Origin: Candidatus Moraniibacteriota bacterium
GTDB lineage: Bacteria; Patescibacteriota; Minisyncoccia; Moranbacterales; UBA1568
DNA length: 32,406 nucleotides
Reading direction: 5' to 3'
Assembly (NCBI GenBank): GCA_052034935.1
Contig: JBPOIB010000003.1
Span: forward strand, 1-32,406
Position 1 is the first letter of the stretch, and every line of letters starts with the position of its first letter. Below are positions 8,262 to 16,076 of this stretch, in pieces. Position numbers and translations under genes: made by a program. The notes under the pieces were generated by a model. It did no database searches, had not been told where the DNA came from, and saw only the letters and a list, made by a program, of their open reading frames with translations.

Positions 8262-8308
8262 TATAAAAAGAAAAGCGCCCACCCCCCGAAACATCGAGGA
8301 GTGGGAGC
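8262..8308 (-). terminator. Rho-independent terminator after the high-GC lipoprotein gene
   Basis: Imperfect GC-rich stem (CCCAC 8278-8282 with GTGGG 8301-8305, plus flanking pairs). On the minus strand it is followed by CTTTTCTTTTTATAATTTTT. Confidence 0.5.
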
Positions 8309-8322
8309 CGGCACAGTGCGCG

Positions 8323-9801
8323 TTACTGTGCGTTGCCAGGAGCGTAGCTCGCGAGGCCGACGGGCGAATTGCCCAAGGCCAGGGTCCGCGTGACCACGAG
8401 CGAGTCGAGTCCGATGCTCATGACCATCCCGTTACCGCAGGTCACCCAGAGCTCATTGCCGAGGATCGCCAGCTTCTTCGGCCCGCTGCCGGCGCCGAGG
8501 CTGAGCTGAGCGACTTCCTGGCGGCCCGAAAGGCTGTACACGTACACCTTGCTTTCGCCATCGCTGACGAATACGCGGTCCTTCGCCATCGCGAGGGCCA
8601 GGTCTTCGGGGCGCTGCTGCATGCGCGTGAAGCCGAGATCCATCACCTCCGTTCGCCCGTTCGTCGGGTCGACGATGGAGATGTTCTTGTCGCCGGCATT
8701 CGCCACGTAGACGTGTCCGGTCACTTCGTGGACACGGAACGCCATCGGCACGGAACCGACCGCATAGGTCTGTTCGACCGCGTAGGTGGCCGGATTCAGC
8801 CTCACCAGAGTGCCCGGAGTGCCCGCCGGCGGGAAGACTTGGCTCACCGAAGTGGTCAAGGCATTGATGGCGTAGAGCCATTTCGCCGGAGCGGTCCCGT
8901 ACTGGAGCTTCGTCGTGAACATGTCGGCAGCCGCGAGAGTGTTGTTCGCACCATCGAAGGTCGGCAGATTGGTCATCCGATCGAAGCACTTGACCCGGTT
9001 CTGCGAAACACCGTCAGGAACACTTCCGCTCATGGCGGCACAGACGTCGGTCTCGGTGAGCGCAAGGCCCCAGACCAGATCGATTCTCGCCAGCGTCGGA
9101 TCGAGGTCGATCGACGGAAGGACATCATCCGTCACCAGGTCGCGAACGTAGATCTTGAAGCCGCCGCAGGATGCGAAGTAGACCTTGGCCGTTTTCGAAT
9201 CGACTGTGATGGCGCAGAACGGGCCGAAACCCGGCTGGCCATTGCCGGCCTGGAAGCCGACTTGTTTCACGGTACCGGCGGCACTGTCGACGATGGCGAC
9301 GGCCTTACTGCCATCCACTTCGGGAACCAGGCTGGCATAGAGCTTCGCCGTGGTCGCGACAGCCTTCTTCGCCGTCCGATAGTTCACCGTGACCGGCTGG
9401 CCCTTGTTGCCAGCCATGTCGGTCGCAGCCGGAATGGTCGCCGTGACCACCGTATCAGCCGGGAGTTCGGCTTGGGGCGAAAGCGACATCTTCTTGGCTG
9501 CGCCGTCGCAGCCGACCGCAGCATCGACACCGGCGATCTTGACGACCGTCCCGATCACACCGGAGCAAGCCAGGCTTTCGTTGTAGGTCGCTTCGACCGA
9601 CGCGGTCAGAGCGACACCAGTCGCGCCTTCGGTCGGGGTGACACTTGCCACCTGAGGCGGGGTCGTATCACCGGCGACCGGCGGCGGGTTGGCAACCGGC
9701 GGAGGCGAACCTCCGCCGCCTCCGCCACAGGCAGAGAGGGACAGAACTGCGGCCAGGAGAACCCCGGCCGCCCGAGAGCGAGAAAACAGAGCGAAAGCCA
9801 T
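8323..9801 (-). CDS. Lipoprotein with SbsA/Big_5-like Ig domain and YVTN-type beta-propeller repeats (high-GC gene)
   Basis: ORF 8323..9843. The start is set at ATG 9801 (MAFALFSRSRAAGVLLAAVLSLSAC, lipobox LSAC) because AGGAGG lies 6 nt upstream. DTTPPQVASVTPTEGATGVAL is a typical SbsA-like Ig domain start. YVANAGDKNISIVDPTNG resembles YVTN beta-propeller repeats. Confidence 0.8.
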   Translation of the reverse strand: MAFALFSRSRAAGVLLAAVLSLSACGGGGGGSPPPVANPPPVAGDTTPPQVASVTPTEGATGVALTASVEATYNESLACSGVIGTVVKIAGVDAAVGCDGAAKKMSLSPQAELPADTVVTATIPAATDMAGNKGQPVTVNYRTAKKAVATTAKLYASLVPEVDGSKAVAIVDSAAGTVKQVGFQAGNGQPGFGPFCAITVDSKTAKVYFASCGGFKIYVRDLVTDDVLPSIDLDPTLARIDLVWGLALTETDVCAAMSGSVPDGVSQNRVKCFDRMTNLPTFDGANNTLAAADMFTTKLQYGTAPAKWLYAINALTTSVSQVFPPAGTPGTLVRLNPATYAVEQTYAVGSVPMAFRVHEVTGHVYVANAGDKNISIVDPTNGRTEVMDLGFTRMQQRPEDLALAMAKDRVFVSDGESKVYVYSLSGRQEVAQLSLGAGSGPKKLAILGNELWVTCGNGMVMSIGLDSLVVTRTLALGNSPVGLASYAPGNAQ

Positions 9802-9901
9802 AATGGGCCTCCTGTAAGAACAAGTTGTCAAAACCCAAGGCACGAACCCTAGGCAACGGGGGGTTTGAAACCGGGATTAGACCCGACTTCTCACTATCAG
9901 A

Positions 9902-9930
9902 AATGTAAGGATTTTTCCTCTGTTTGTCAA
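9902..9930 (-). promoter_or_regulatory. Sigma70-like promoter candidate upstream of the high-GC lipoprotein gene
   Basis: On the minus strand: TTGACA (9930-9925), 17 nt, TACATT (9907-9902), in AT-rich flanking DNA. Confidence 0.4.
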
Positions 9931-9991
9931 GTTTTTTCGCTTATTTCAAGCTTTTTTTTCGAAAGACACTCCCGAGATCCTGCCGACCAGG

Positions 9992-11263
9992 CTAATTGAA
10001 TAATTTCTTATAGTTTTTGGACCAGTAGACGATGCCATTGTAGTAGTTCGCATTGAATGCCCCGAGGTAATTGATCGAGGCGTTTTTAATCGCCTTCTCG
10101 GAATCCGAAGTCGCGCCCGCCTTCCGAAGCTTGAGTGCCATCGCCATCACCCCATCGGTCAGATTCCACGGATCAGGATTCTTGTGCCCAGTCTTGGCAC
10201 GGATATCAGCCGAGTAGCCAAGCCAGACATCGGACATAAACTGCGCCACGCCCATCGCCCCGCCCTGGCCGATATAGTTAGGCGAGCAGGAAACCTTTTT
10301 ATTCTTGCTGTAGCCGAGATCGTCGACGAGGCCGTAAAAAAGATCACGACGCTTGTAGAGAAGGTTAATCGAAGCTTTATATTTGCTCCCGTACTTCTTG
10401 TAGCGGGCAATGGAGACTTTTTCTACCTCTTTATAGGTACACTGGCCGGTATTAGCACCGAGATTTGTCTCCATCTTGAGAAAGCCGTACAACACACCCT
10501 TCGGAACGCCCGTCTCCTTACTCGCGTCCTCCACCGCCCCGCGGATATCCTTAGCATTGTACGATTTACCGGTCAGCGTCGCGAGGTCTCCTTCGAGTTC
10601 TTCCAACTCTTTTTGAAGCCGGCTTACGATTTTTGCCGCATCCTGAACATCTTCGATCGTCTCCTGCTGATCGGCCGCGAGAGTATTCTTTTCCGCCGCT
10701 TTCTTCTGGAGCAGCACTTCATGGTCTTTTTTCGCGTCTTCGATCGAAATCCGCTCTGATTCCGTATCTGACTTGGTCAGAGAAAGTGACTGGAGAATAT
10801 TGGAAATCTTATCCTGAACAGTAAGCAGCTTGTCCGGATTACTGATCACTTCTGAAAAATGTTCCTGATCGACGAGAATACGCGGGAGCGGCCATTCATT
10901 CTGGTAGTAGAGATCCCTCATCAGTGTCGCGAGGAGCGTTTTTTCCTCATCAATACGCTCTTCGAGGACCGCAAGCTCGGCCTGCTTCCGCTCGATATTG
11001 TTCTCGGCCTGTTTGATCTTGATCTGGGTTTCCGCGATCGCTCGCTGAGTCGAAGAAAGTGACGCATTGATATTGGCGAGCTCATTCTCGAGCGCCTTTT
11101 TCTTCGCCTCCGCCTCTTTCAGCTTCTTCTCGACATCCGATTTCTCTTCTTCGATATCCTCGACTTCTTCGGCAGCAAAAACCGGACTCGGCCAGGGTGC
11201 GAGCGAACAAGCGGCGAGGAAAAGGGCAAGAAGAATCAGTTGTGGTTTTATTTTGACAACCAT
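9992..11263 (-). CDS. Exported coiled-coil protein with C-terminal lytic transglycosylase (SLT_2/MltB-like) domain
   Basis: ORF 9992..11437 would overlap the recA 3' end and its terminator. I prefer ATG 11263 (MVVKIKPQLILLALFLAACSLAPW, a signal/lipoprotein-like start). About 200 aa are heptad-rich (KKLKEAEAKKKALENELANINASL...). The C-terminus has LKMETNLG and GGAMGVAQFMSDVW, which resemble the MltB-family GAMGxxQFMPS motif. Confidence 0.75.
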   Translation of the reverse strand: MVVKIKPQLILLALFLAACSLAPWPSPVFAAEEVEDIEEEKSDVEKKLKEAEAKKKALENELANINASLSSTQRAIAETQIKIKQAENNIERKQAELAVLEERIDEEKTLLATLMRDLYYQNEWPLPRILVDQEHFSEVISNPDKLLTVQDKISNILQSLSLTKSDTESERISIEDAKKDHEVLLQKKAAEKNTLAADQQETIEDVQDAAKIVSRLQKELEELEGDLATLTGKSYNAKDIRGAVEDASKETGVPKGVLYGFLKMETNLGANTGQCTYKEVEKVSIARYKKYGSKYKASINLLYKRRDLFYGLVDDLGYSKNKKVSCSPNYIGQGGAMGVAQFMSDVWLGYSADIRAKTGHKNPDPWNLTDGVMAMALKLRKAGATSDSEKAIKNASINYLGAFNANYYNGIVYWSKNYKKLFN

Positions 11264-11269
11264 TCTTCT

Positions 11270-11275
11270 ATTATA
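11270..11275 (-). promoter_or_regulatory. TATAAT -10 box 6 nt upstream of ATG 11263 (possible leaderless transcript)
   Basis: The minus strand reads GGTATAATAGAAGAATGGTTGTC. I found no good -35. Confidence 0.3.
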
Positions 11276-11282
11276 CCTCATA

Positions 11283-11308
11283 CGAAAAAAGGCCGTTTCA
11301 GGCCTTGA
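11283..11308 (-). terminator. Rho-independent terminator after recA
   Basis: Stem AAGGCC / GGCCTT (11289-11294 with 11301-11306) with a 6-nt loop. The minus strand continues TTTTTTCG. Confidence 0.6.
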
Positions 11309-11330
11309 TTCGAGCGATGACTTCGAGAGA

Positions 11331-12350
11331 CTAGACTGCTTCAGCAGCATGCACTTTCTTCCAGACAGCTTTTTCAATCTCCTTACCGACTTTCGGATTC
11401 TCCTTGAGGAATGTCCGAGCCTGTTCCCGTCCGACACCGATCTTCACCTCGCCGAAACTGTGCGTATTCCCCTGTTTCTTGATGATCTCGTACTTCACGC
11501 CGGTATCGAGCACATCGTCGCTCCAGGAAATTCCTTCGTTATACATGATGAAGAACGATGTGGTTCGGAACGGCGGCGCGACCTTGTTCTTCACCACCTT
11601 CACATTGACCTGATTACCGACGACCTCCTCGCCTTTCTTCACCTGAGCACTCTTCCTGACTTCGATGCGAACCGAGGAGTAGAACTTGAGCGCGTTCCCA
11701 CCAGTGGTCGTTTCCGGATTGCCGAACATCACACCGATCTTCATACGAAGTTGGTTGATGAAAACGACGACGACATTCGAGCGCGAAATAATCGCCGTTA
11801 ACTTCCGAAGTGCCTGACTCATGAGCCGGGCCTGACGGCCGACATGCTGATCACCCATCTCCCCCTCGATTTCGGCACGTGGCACAAGTGCCGCCACCGA
11901 GTCGACAACGATAATATCAACTGCATTGGAACGAACCAGTGTCTCGACGATATCGAGCGCCTGTTCGCCCGAATCCGGCTGGGAAATAAGGAGCTCATTG
12001 ATATTCACACCAATTCGTTTGGCGTATTCAGGATCAAGTGCATGCTCGGCGTCAATGAAGGCAGCAACACCACCCGCCTTCTGAGCATTGGCAATCGTAT
12101 GGAGCGTCAGCGTCGTCTTGCCGGATGATTCCGGCCCGTAGACCTCGACGATCCGGCCGCGCGGGATGCCGCCAATACCGAGCGCGATATCGAGCGAAAG
12201 TGAACCAGTCGGGATCGCTTCAACATCCACTCGGCGGACATCGCCAAGCTTCATAAGCATTCCCTCGCCGAACTTTCCTTTGATTTCATCTACGACTGCA
12301 TCGACACTTTTTCTCCCATTACCCTTCTCTGCTGCTTTCTCTTTTGTCAT
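11331..12350 (-). CDS. recA: Recombinase RecA
   Basis: 339 aa with [36 protein letters not shown] (Walker A), [10 protein letters not shown] and [10 protein letters not shown]. Confidence 0.97.
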   Translation of the reverse strand: MTKEKAAEKGNGRKSVDAVVDEIKGKFGEGMLMKLGDVRRVDVEAIPTGSLSLDIALGIGGIPRGRIVEVYGPESSGKTTLTLHTIANAQKAGGVAAFIDAEHALDPEYAKRIGVNINELLISQPDSGEQALDIVETLVRSNAVDIIVVDSVAALVPRAEIEGEMGDQHVGRQARLMSQALRKLTAIISRSNVVVVFINQLRMKIGVMFGNPETTTGGNALKFYSSVRIEVRKSAQVKKGEEVVGNQVNVKVVKNKVAPPFRTTSFFIMYNEGISWSDDVLDTGVKYEIIKKQGNTHSFGEVKIGVGREQARTFLKENPKVGKEIEKAVWKKVHAAEAV

Positions 12351-12359
12351 AGTAATGAA

Positions 12360-13349
12360 TTACGGGTTATCATTTACCGGTATTGATTTTACATAGACTT
12401 TTCCACTCACGGGTTCTTCGTCATTGCCAACCGGTTCCAGCGGGATGCCATCGAAATTGGCCTCGGTGTGGAGGGCATCATCCGTCGACAACCGGACCTC
12501 TCCTGGCACGTTTTCGAAGCGCTCCTCTTTCCCAGAAGCAATCGTTCCACTATAGAGGACTTTTCCATTACTCTCGAGAGTTATACTCACCGAACGATCG
12601 CGTGCCCGGACAATAAACGCTGGTCCTGGCAAGGTAAGCGGCGCGACCGAATTCTCAGCCTGAGTGCCGCTCGGTGGGCGACTTTCAATCGCTACCGATT
12701 CCTCTTTCGTTTTATCAAATCGATTCGTTGCCTGAACAGTGATCCGATTGAGTCCCGACTGAAGCGTCAACGATTCAGCGAATATACCATCTGCCCCAAC
12801 AAATACCGGCTCGCCGTTTACAGTGATACTAACACCCGGGTCCGTTTTCCCACGAACCACGATGCCGGCGCCATCTATTGTAGCACCTGAAACCGGATTG
12901 AGTATGACCAGATGTGGCTCAGCGACAAAACTGCGGAATTCTGAGAAAAGATAGAGAAAAGTACCGCCTAGGATAAAAACCAGCAGGCCAATGATAGCCG
13001 CCCGCGGCGTGACGACCCAGGCATTCATTAGGGGGTAGCGCTGAGCCTCAACCACTTTCTTCTCCTGACCCAGATTCTGCCGGATATTCTTCTCCTTATC
13101 GTACAGCTTCAAAAAGGCCTCATCATCGAGCCCGAGATATCGCGCATAGCTCCGCAGGAAGCCTCGTACATAGACCTCGGCCGGGAGCCTCTCATAGGCC
13201 CCGCTCTCGAGCGCCTCGAGGTATTTCGCCTGGATCCGTGTCGCTTTGGCGATATCAGCATAACTCATCCGATACTGAAGCCGGAGCTTCTTCAGCTTCT
13301 CGCCGAGGGTCAGGGACTCAACTTTTTTCCTGATAAATCCATCAGTCAT
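12360..13349 (-). CDS. RodZ-like protein (XRE-type HTH, single TM, C-terminal DUF4115-like domain)
   Basis: The N-terminus LGEKLKKLRLQYRMSYADIAKATRIQAKYLEALESGAYERLPAEVYVRGFLRSYARYLGLD is typical of the RodZ HTH. The TM helix is AAIIGLLVFILGGTFLYLF. The C-terminal beta-rich region ends in a DUF4115-like stretch. Confidence 0.7.
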   Translation of the reverse strand: MTDGFIRKKVESLTLGEKLKKLRLQYRMSYADIAKATRIQAKYLEALESGAYERLPAEVYVRGFLRSYARYLGLDDEAFLKLYDKEKNIRQNLGQEKKVVEAQRYPLMNAWVVTPRAAIIGLLVFILGGTFLYLFSEFRSFVAEPHLVILNPVSGATIDGAGIVVRGKTDPGVSITVNGEPVFVGADGIFAESLTLQSGLNRITVQATNRFDKTKEESVAIESRPPSGTQAENSVAPLTLPGPAFIVRARDRSVSITLESNGKVLYSGTIASGKEERFENVPGEVRLSTDDALHTEANFDGIPLEPVGNDEEPVSGKVYVKSIPVNDNP

Positions 13350-13456
13350 AGCGGGAATAATTCTCGAAGAGAGAGTAAAGGATAGAGGATTGCCGAAAAA
13401 AAATCAAACCAGCAGGGTCTTACTCCTTCTCTTTTATTTTGTTTCTGATTCTCCTA

Positions 13457-15835
13457 TCAGAGCTGCCATTTTTCGCGATCGGCCTGATCTCTGAGCGGAT
13501 CATCACCGTATTGTTTCCCCTCATCTATTGTCTTCAGGAGAACTTCGCGCTTCTTGTTGACTTCGGGACCGACGACGCCGCGTTGTTCCAGTGTCTGCAT
13601 CACGCGAGCCGCTTTCGGATAACCGATCTTGAGAAATGTCTGGAGGTAGGTCGTTGAAGCACGTTGCGTATCAACGACAAGTTTTTTCGCCGCTTCGTAG
13701 ATCGGGTCATGCTCATCCTCTCCATCGCCGTTTCCGCCGATATTATCGAGGTCGATTGGACTGTCATCGCCGCCGAAATCCTCGCCGATCTCATCCAGTC
13801 CTTTTTCAATCTTCTGTTGCTCGAGAAAATGAACTACTTTTTTCACCTCGTCCTCCGAGACAAATACACCCTGAATACGCTGGAGGCTGGAGGCTTCCGC
13901 TGAAGAATAGAGCATATCGCCGTTCCCCAGAAGCTTTTCCGCGCCGCCCGTGTCGAGGATGGTCCGAGAGTCGATCTGCGACTTGAGCTGGAAAGAGATG
14001 CGAGCCGGCATATTCGCCTTGATGAGGCCGGTGATAACATTCACTTCCGGCCGCTGCGTCGCAAGGATGAGATGGATGCCGACGGCCCGGGCCATTTGTG
14101 CGAGCCGGATGATAGCCGCTTCAACTTCTTTGCCGTGCGCCACCATGAGGTCGGCCATCTCGTCGATGACGATGACAATCTGCGGAATCGGAGCGAGCGC
14201 CTCTTCACGGACTTCATTCGTTTCGGGATCGACTGTCCGCTTTTTCTCACCACGGAGCACTTTCTCCCGGTATGAACCGAGATCGCGCGAGCCAGCTGAT
14301 TCAAGCACTTTGTAGCGCCGTTCCATCTCGGAGACCGCCCATTTGAGAGCATTCACCACCTTGTGGTTATCGACGATCACATCTGTCTTCAGATGGGGAA
14401 TCCCTTTGTAGAGCGAGAGCTCGACACGCTTCGGATCGACGAAAATGAACTTCAGATCCTCGGGCGAGTTCTGATAGAGGAGTGAAAGGATAATCGTATT
14501 GATGCAGACACTTTTCCCAGACCGCGTCGTCCCGGCAATGAGGAGGTGCGGCATGCGGCCGAGATCGGCATACATCGATTTTCCCGAGACATCTTGGCCG
14601 AGCACGATGGTCAGATCCGATTTCCGTTCGCGGAATTCCTTCGACTGGAGCAATTCTCGAAGCCGGACATTGACCTTGGCCTTGTTCGGCACCTCGATTC
14701 CGATGAATGCTTTGCCCGGGACCGGTGCTTCGATGCGGATATGATGGGCCGCGAGAGCGAGAGCGAGGTCGTTATGGAGCGTCATGATGCGCGAAACCTT
14801 CACGCCGACCGCTGGACGGAACGTGTACTGGGTTACGGTCGGACCAACAAAGACTTCGCCTGGTTCGACTTCAATATGAAAGTGGCGGAGCGTCCGGATG
14901 ATGATTTCCTTGTTCAGTTCGATATCACCGCCGCCGCCCCTACCATCAGACGTCGCCAAAAGCTCATGAGGTGGCAAATCCCAACGATATGCCGTCCGGC
15001 GCTTTTTTGGCCGGATGAAAGCCGGCACGAGGACCGTTTCATCATCATTTCCCTTATCTGTCTCGTTTGCTATCGACTCTTCCTCATCTTCCGGACTACC
15101 CTCAGCAAAACGAATATTCTGAACATTCGCCGAGAGCGGTACTGTCGTTTCATCAGTTACGGACGCGTCGAGCGGGGATGCAGTGTCAGAGGGCGCGACT
15201 GGATCGAGTGCTGCTTCGAGAGAAAGCGTTTTATCTTCCGTTGGTGTGGCGGGGTTTTCTACGCTGCCGATTTCTTCTGGCTTCTTGAAACGAGCAAAAG
15301 CCTGCTCGAACCAGTGCAAAAGCGAAACATTGAATGCGGCGATGACACCCATAACGAACAGGGCGAAGAGGACGACAAAGGCGGCGATCTTTCCCATCGC
15401 CCCATCGAGACCGCTCGCGAGAAAGTACCCAATCATACCGCCGCCCTCTCCTGCGTCAGCCACGGCTCGCAAAGCTTTAGATGTGTCACCAAGAAAAAGA
15501 TGCGAAAGGCCAAGGAAGGAAAGGAAGGAAAATCCGAGGCCAATGTACCGGATCACATCCGAAATCGTCGTCTCGTGACGACGAATGATGAGATAACCGA
15601 TGAGCGGGAGGAGCGGGAGGAGTAACCATTTGCTCCAGCCAACCGAGAGACTGACCGTCTCATCAATGAGCCGCCCAAACGAACCAGCCTGGCCGATGAA
15701 GGAAAGAAGAAAAAGAATTGCGACAGCAAAAAGAAGGACGGCCACAATACCTCGCTTCGCGTCGCCTCCCAAGCCGTGGGATTTTTCCGATTCAGTTTTT
15801 TCTTCCTTCGCGTCGTTTTTCTTTTTCTTTGCCAT
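13457..15835 (-). CDS. ftsK: DNA translocase FtsK/SpoIIIE
   Basis: ORF 13457..15946. The start is set at MAKKKKNDAKEE (ATG 15835). There are N-terminal TM helices and a motor domain with PHLLIAGTTRSGKSV (Walker A) and IVIVIDEMADL (Walker B). A C-terminal gamma-like winged helix reads TTYLQTFLKIGYPKAARVMQTLEQRGVVGP. Confidence 0.9.
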   Translation of the reverse strand: MAKKKKNDAKEEKTESEKSHGLGGDAKRGIVAVLLFAVAILFLLSFIGQAGSFGRLIDETVSLSVGWSKWLLLPLLPLIGYLIIRRHETTISDVIRYIGLGFSFLSFLGLSHLFLGDTSKALRAVADAGEGGGMIGYFLASGLDGAMGKIAAFVVLFALFVMGVIAAFNVSLLHWFEQAFARFKKPEEIGSVENPATPTEDKTLSLEAALDPVAPSDTASPLDASVTDETTVPLSANVQNIRFAEGSPEDEEESIANETDKGNDDETVLVPAFIRPKKRRTAYRWDLPPHELLATSDGRGGGGDIELNKEIIIRTLRHFHIEVEPGEVFVGPTVTQYTFRPAVGVKVSRIMTLHNDLALALAAHHIRIEAPVPGKAFIGIEVPNKAKVNVRLRELLQSKEFRERKSDLTIVLGQDVSGKSMYADLGRMPHLLIAGTTRSGKSVCINTIILSLLYQNSPEDLKFIFVDPKRVELSLYKGIPHLKTDVIVDNHKVVNALKWAVSEMERRYKVLESAGSRDLGSYREKVLRGEKKRTVDPETNEVREEALAPIPQIVIVIDEMADLMVAHGKEVEAAIIRLAQMARAVGIHLILATQRPEVNVITGLIKANMPARISFQLKSQIDSRTILDTGGAEKLLGNGDMLYSSAEASSLQRIQGVFVSEDEVKKVVHFLEQQKIEKGLDEIGEDFGGDDSPIDLDNIGGNGDGEDEHDPIYEAAKKLVVDTQRASTTYLQTFLKIGYPKAARVMQTLEQRGVVGPEVNKKREVLLKTIDEGKQYGDDPLRDQADREKWQL

Positions 15836-16027
15836 AGTAGCTTCAGTATAGCAGCCGAGGAGTCGGCTCAAAAGACTTGGTAATACCCGTTGGGCAAAAA
15901 AAGAACGCCGAGGGCGCACCCCTCCGCGTTTCTGACTTTTACCCATCTAGTATAGCACAAAAATTGCCCATCCGCAAGTATTTTCGATCACGAGAAACAC
16001 TATCATTTTTCGTCTTTAGTCGAAGCA

Positions 16028-16060
16028 AATGAAAACACCCCCATGAGGAGGTGTTTTCGC
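16028..16060 (-). terminator. Rho-independent terminator after rpoC
   Basis: Stem AAAACACC / GGTGTTTT (16032-16039 with 16050-16057). The minus strand is followed by a TTTTCATTT tract. Confidence 0.6.
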
Positions 16061-16076
16061 CGCTTCAAAACGGAAA

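Noticed and set aside
8453-9852. Overlapping ORFs 8713..9852 (+), 8453..8989 (-), 8915..9151 (+) and 9389..9586 (+) inside the lipoprotein gene.
   Set aside because: They are Arg/Gly/Pro-rich translations with no motifs. Stop-free alternative frames are expected in roughly 65-70% GC DNA.
8283-9872. C6 run (8282-8287, CCCCCCGAAAC) and G6 run (9859-9864, GGGGGGTTTGAAAC) flanking the high-GC gene, as possible terminal inverted repeats.
   Set aside because: The two sequences are mirror-like rather than reverse-complementary beyond the homopolymer. The left one is part of the terminator stem, and no target-site duplication is seen.
11264-11437. N-terminal extension of the coiled-coil/SLT ORF back to ATG 11437.
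   Set aside because: It would overlap the recA 3' end by about 100 nt and read through the recA terminator hairpin. The signal-peptide-like sequence begins only at Met 11263, which has a TATAAT box just upstream.
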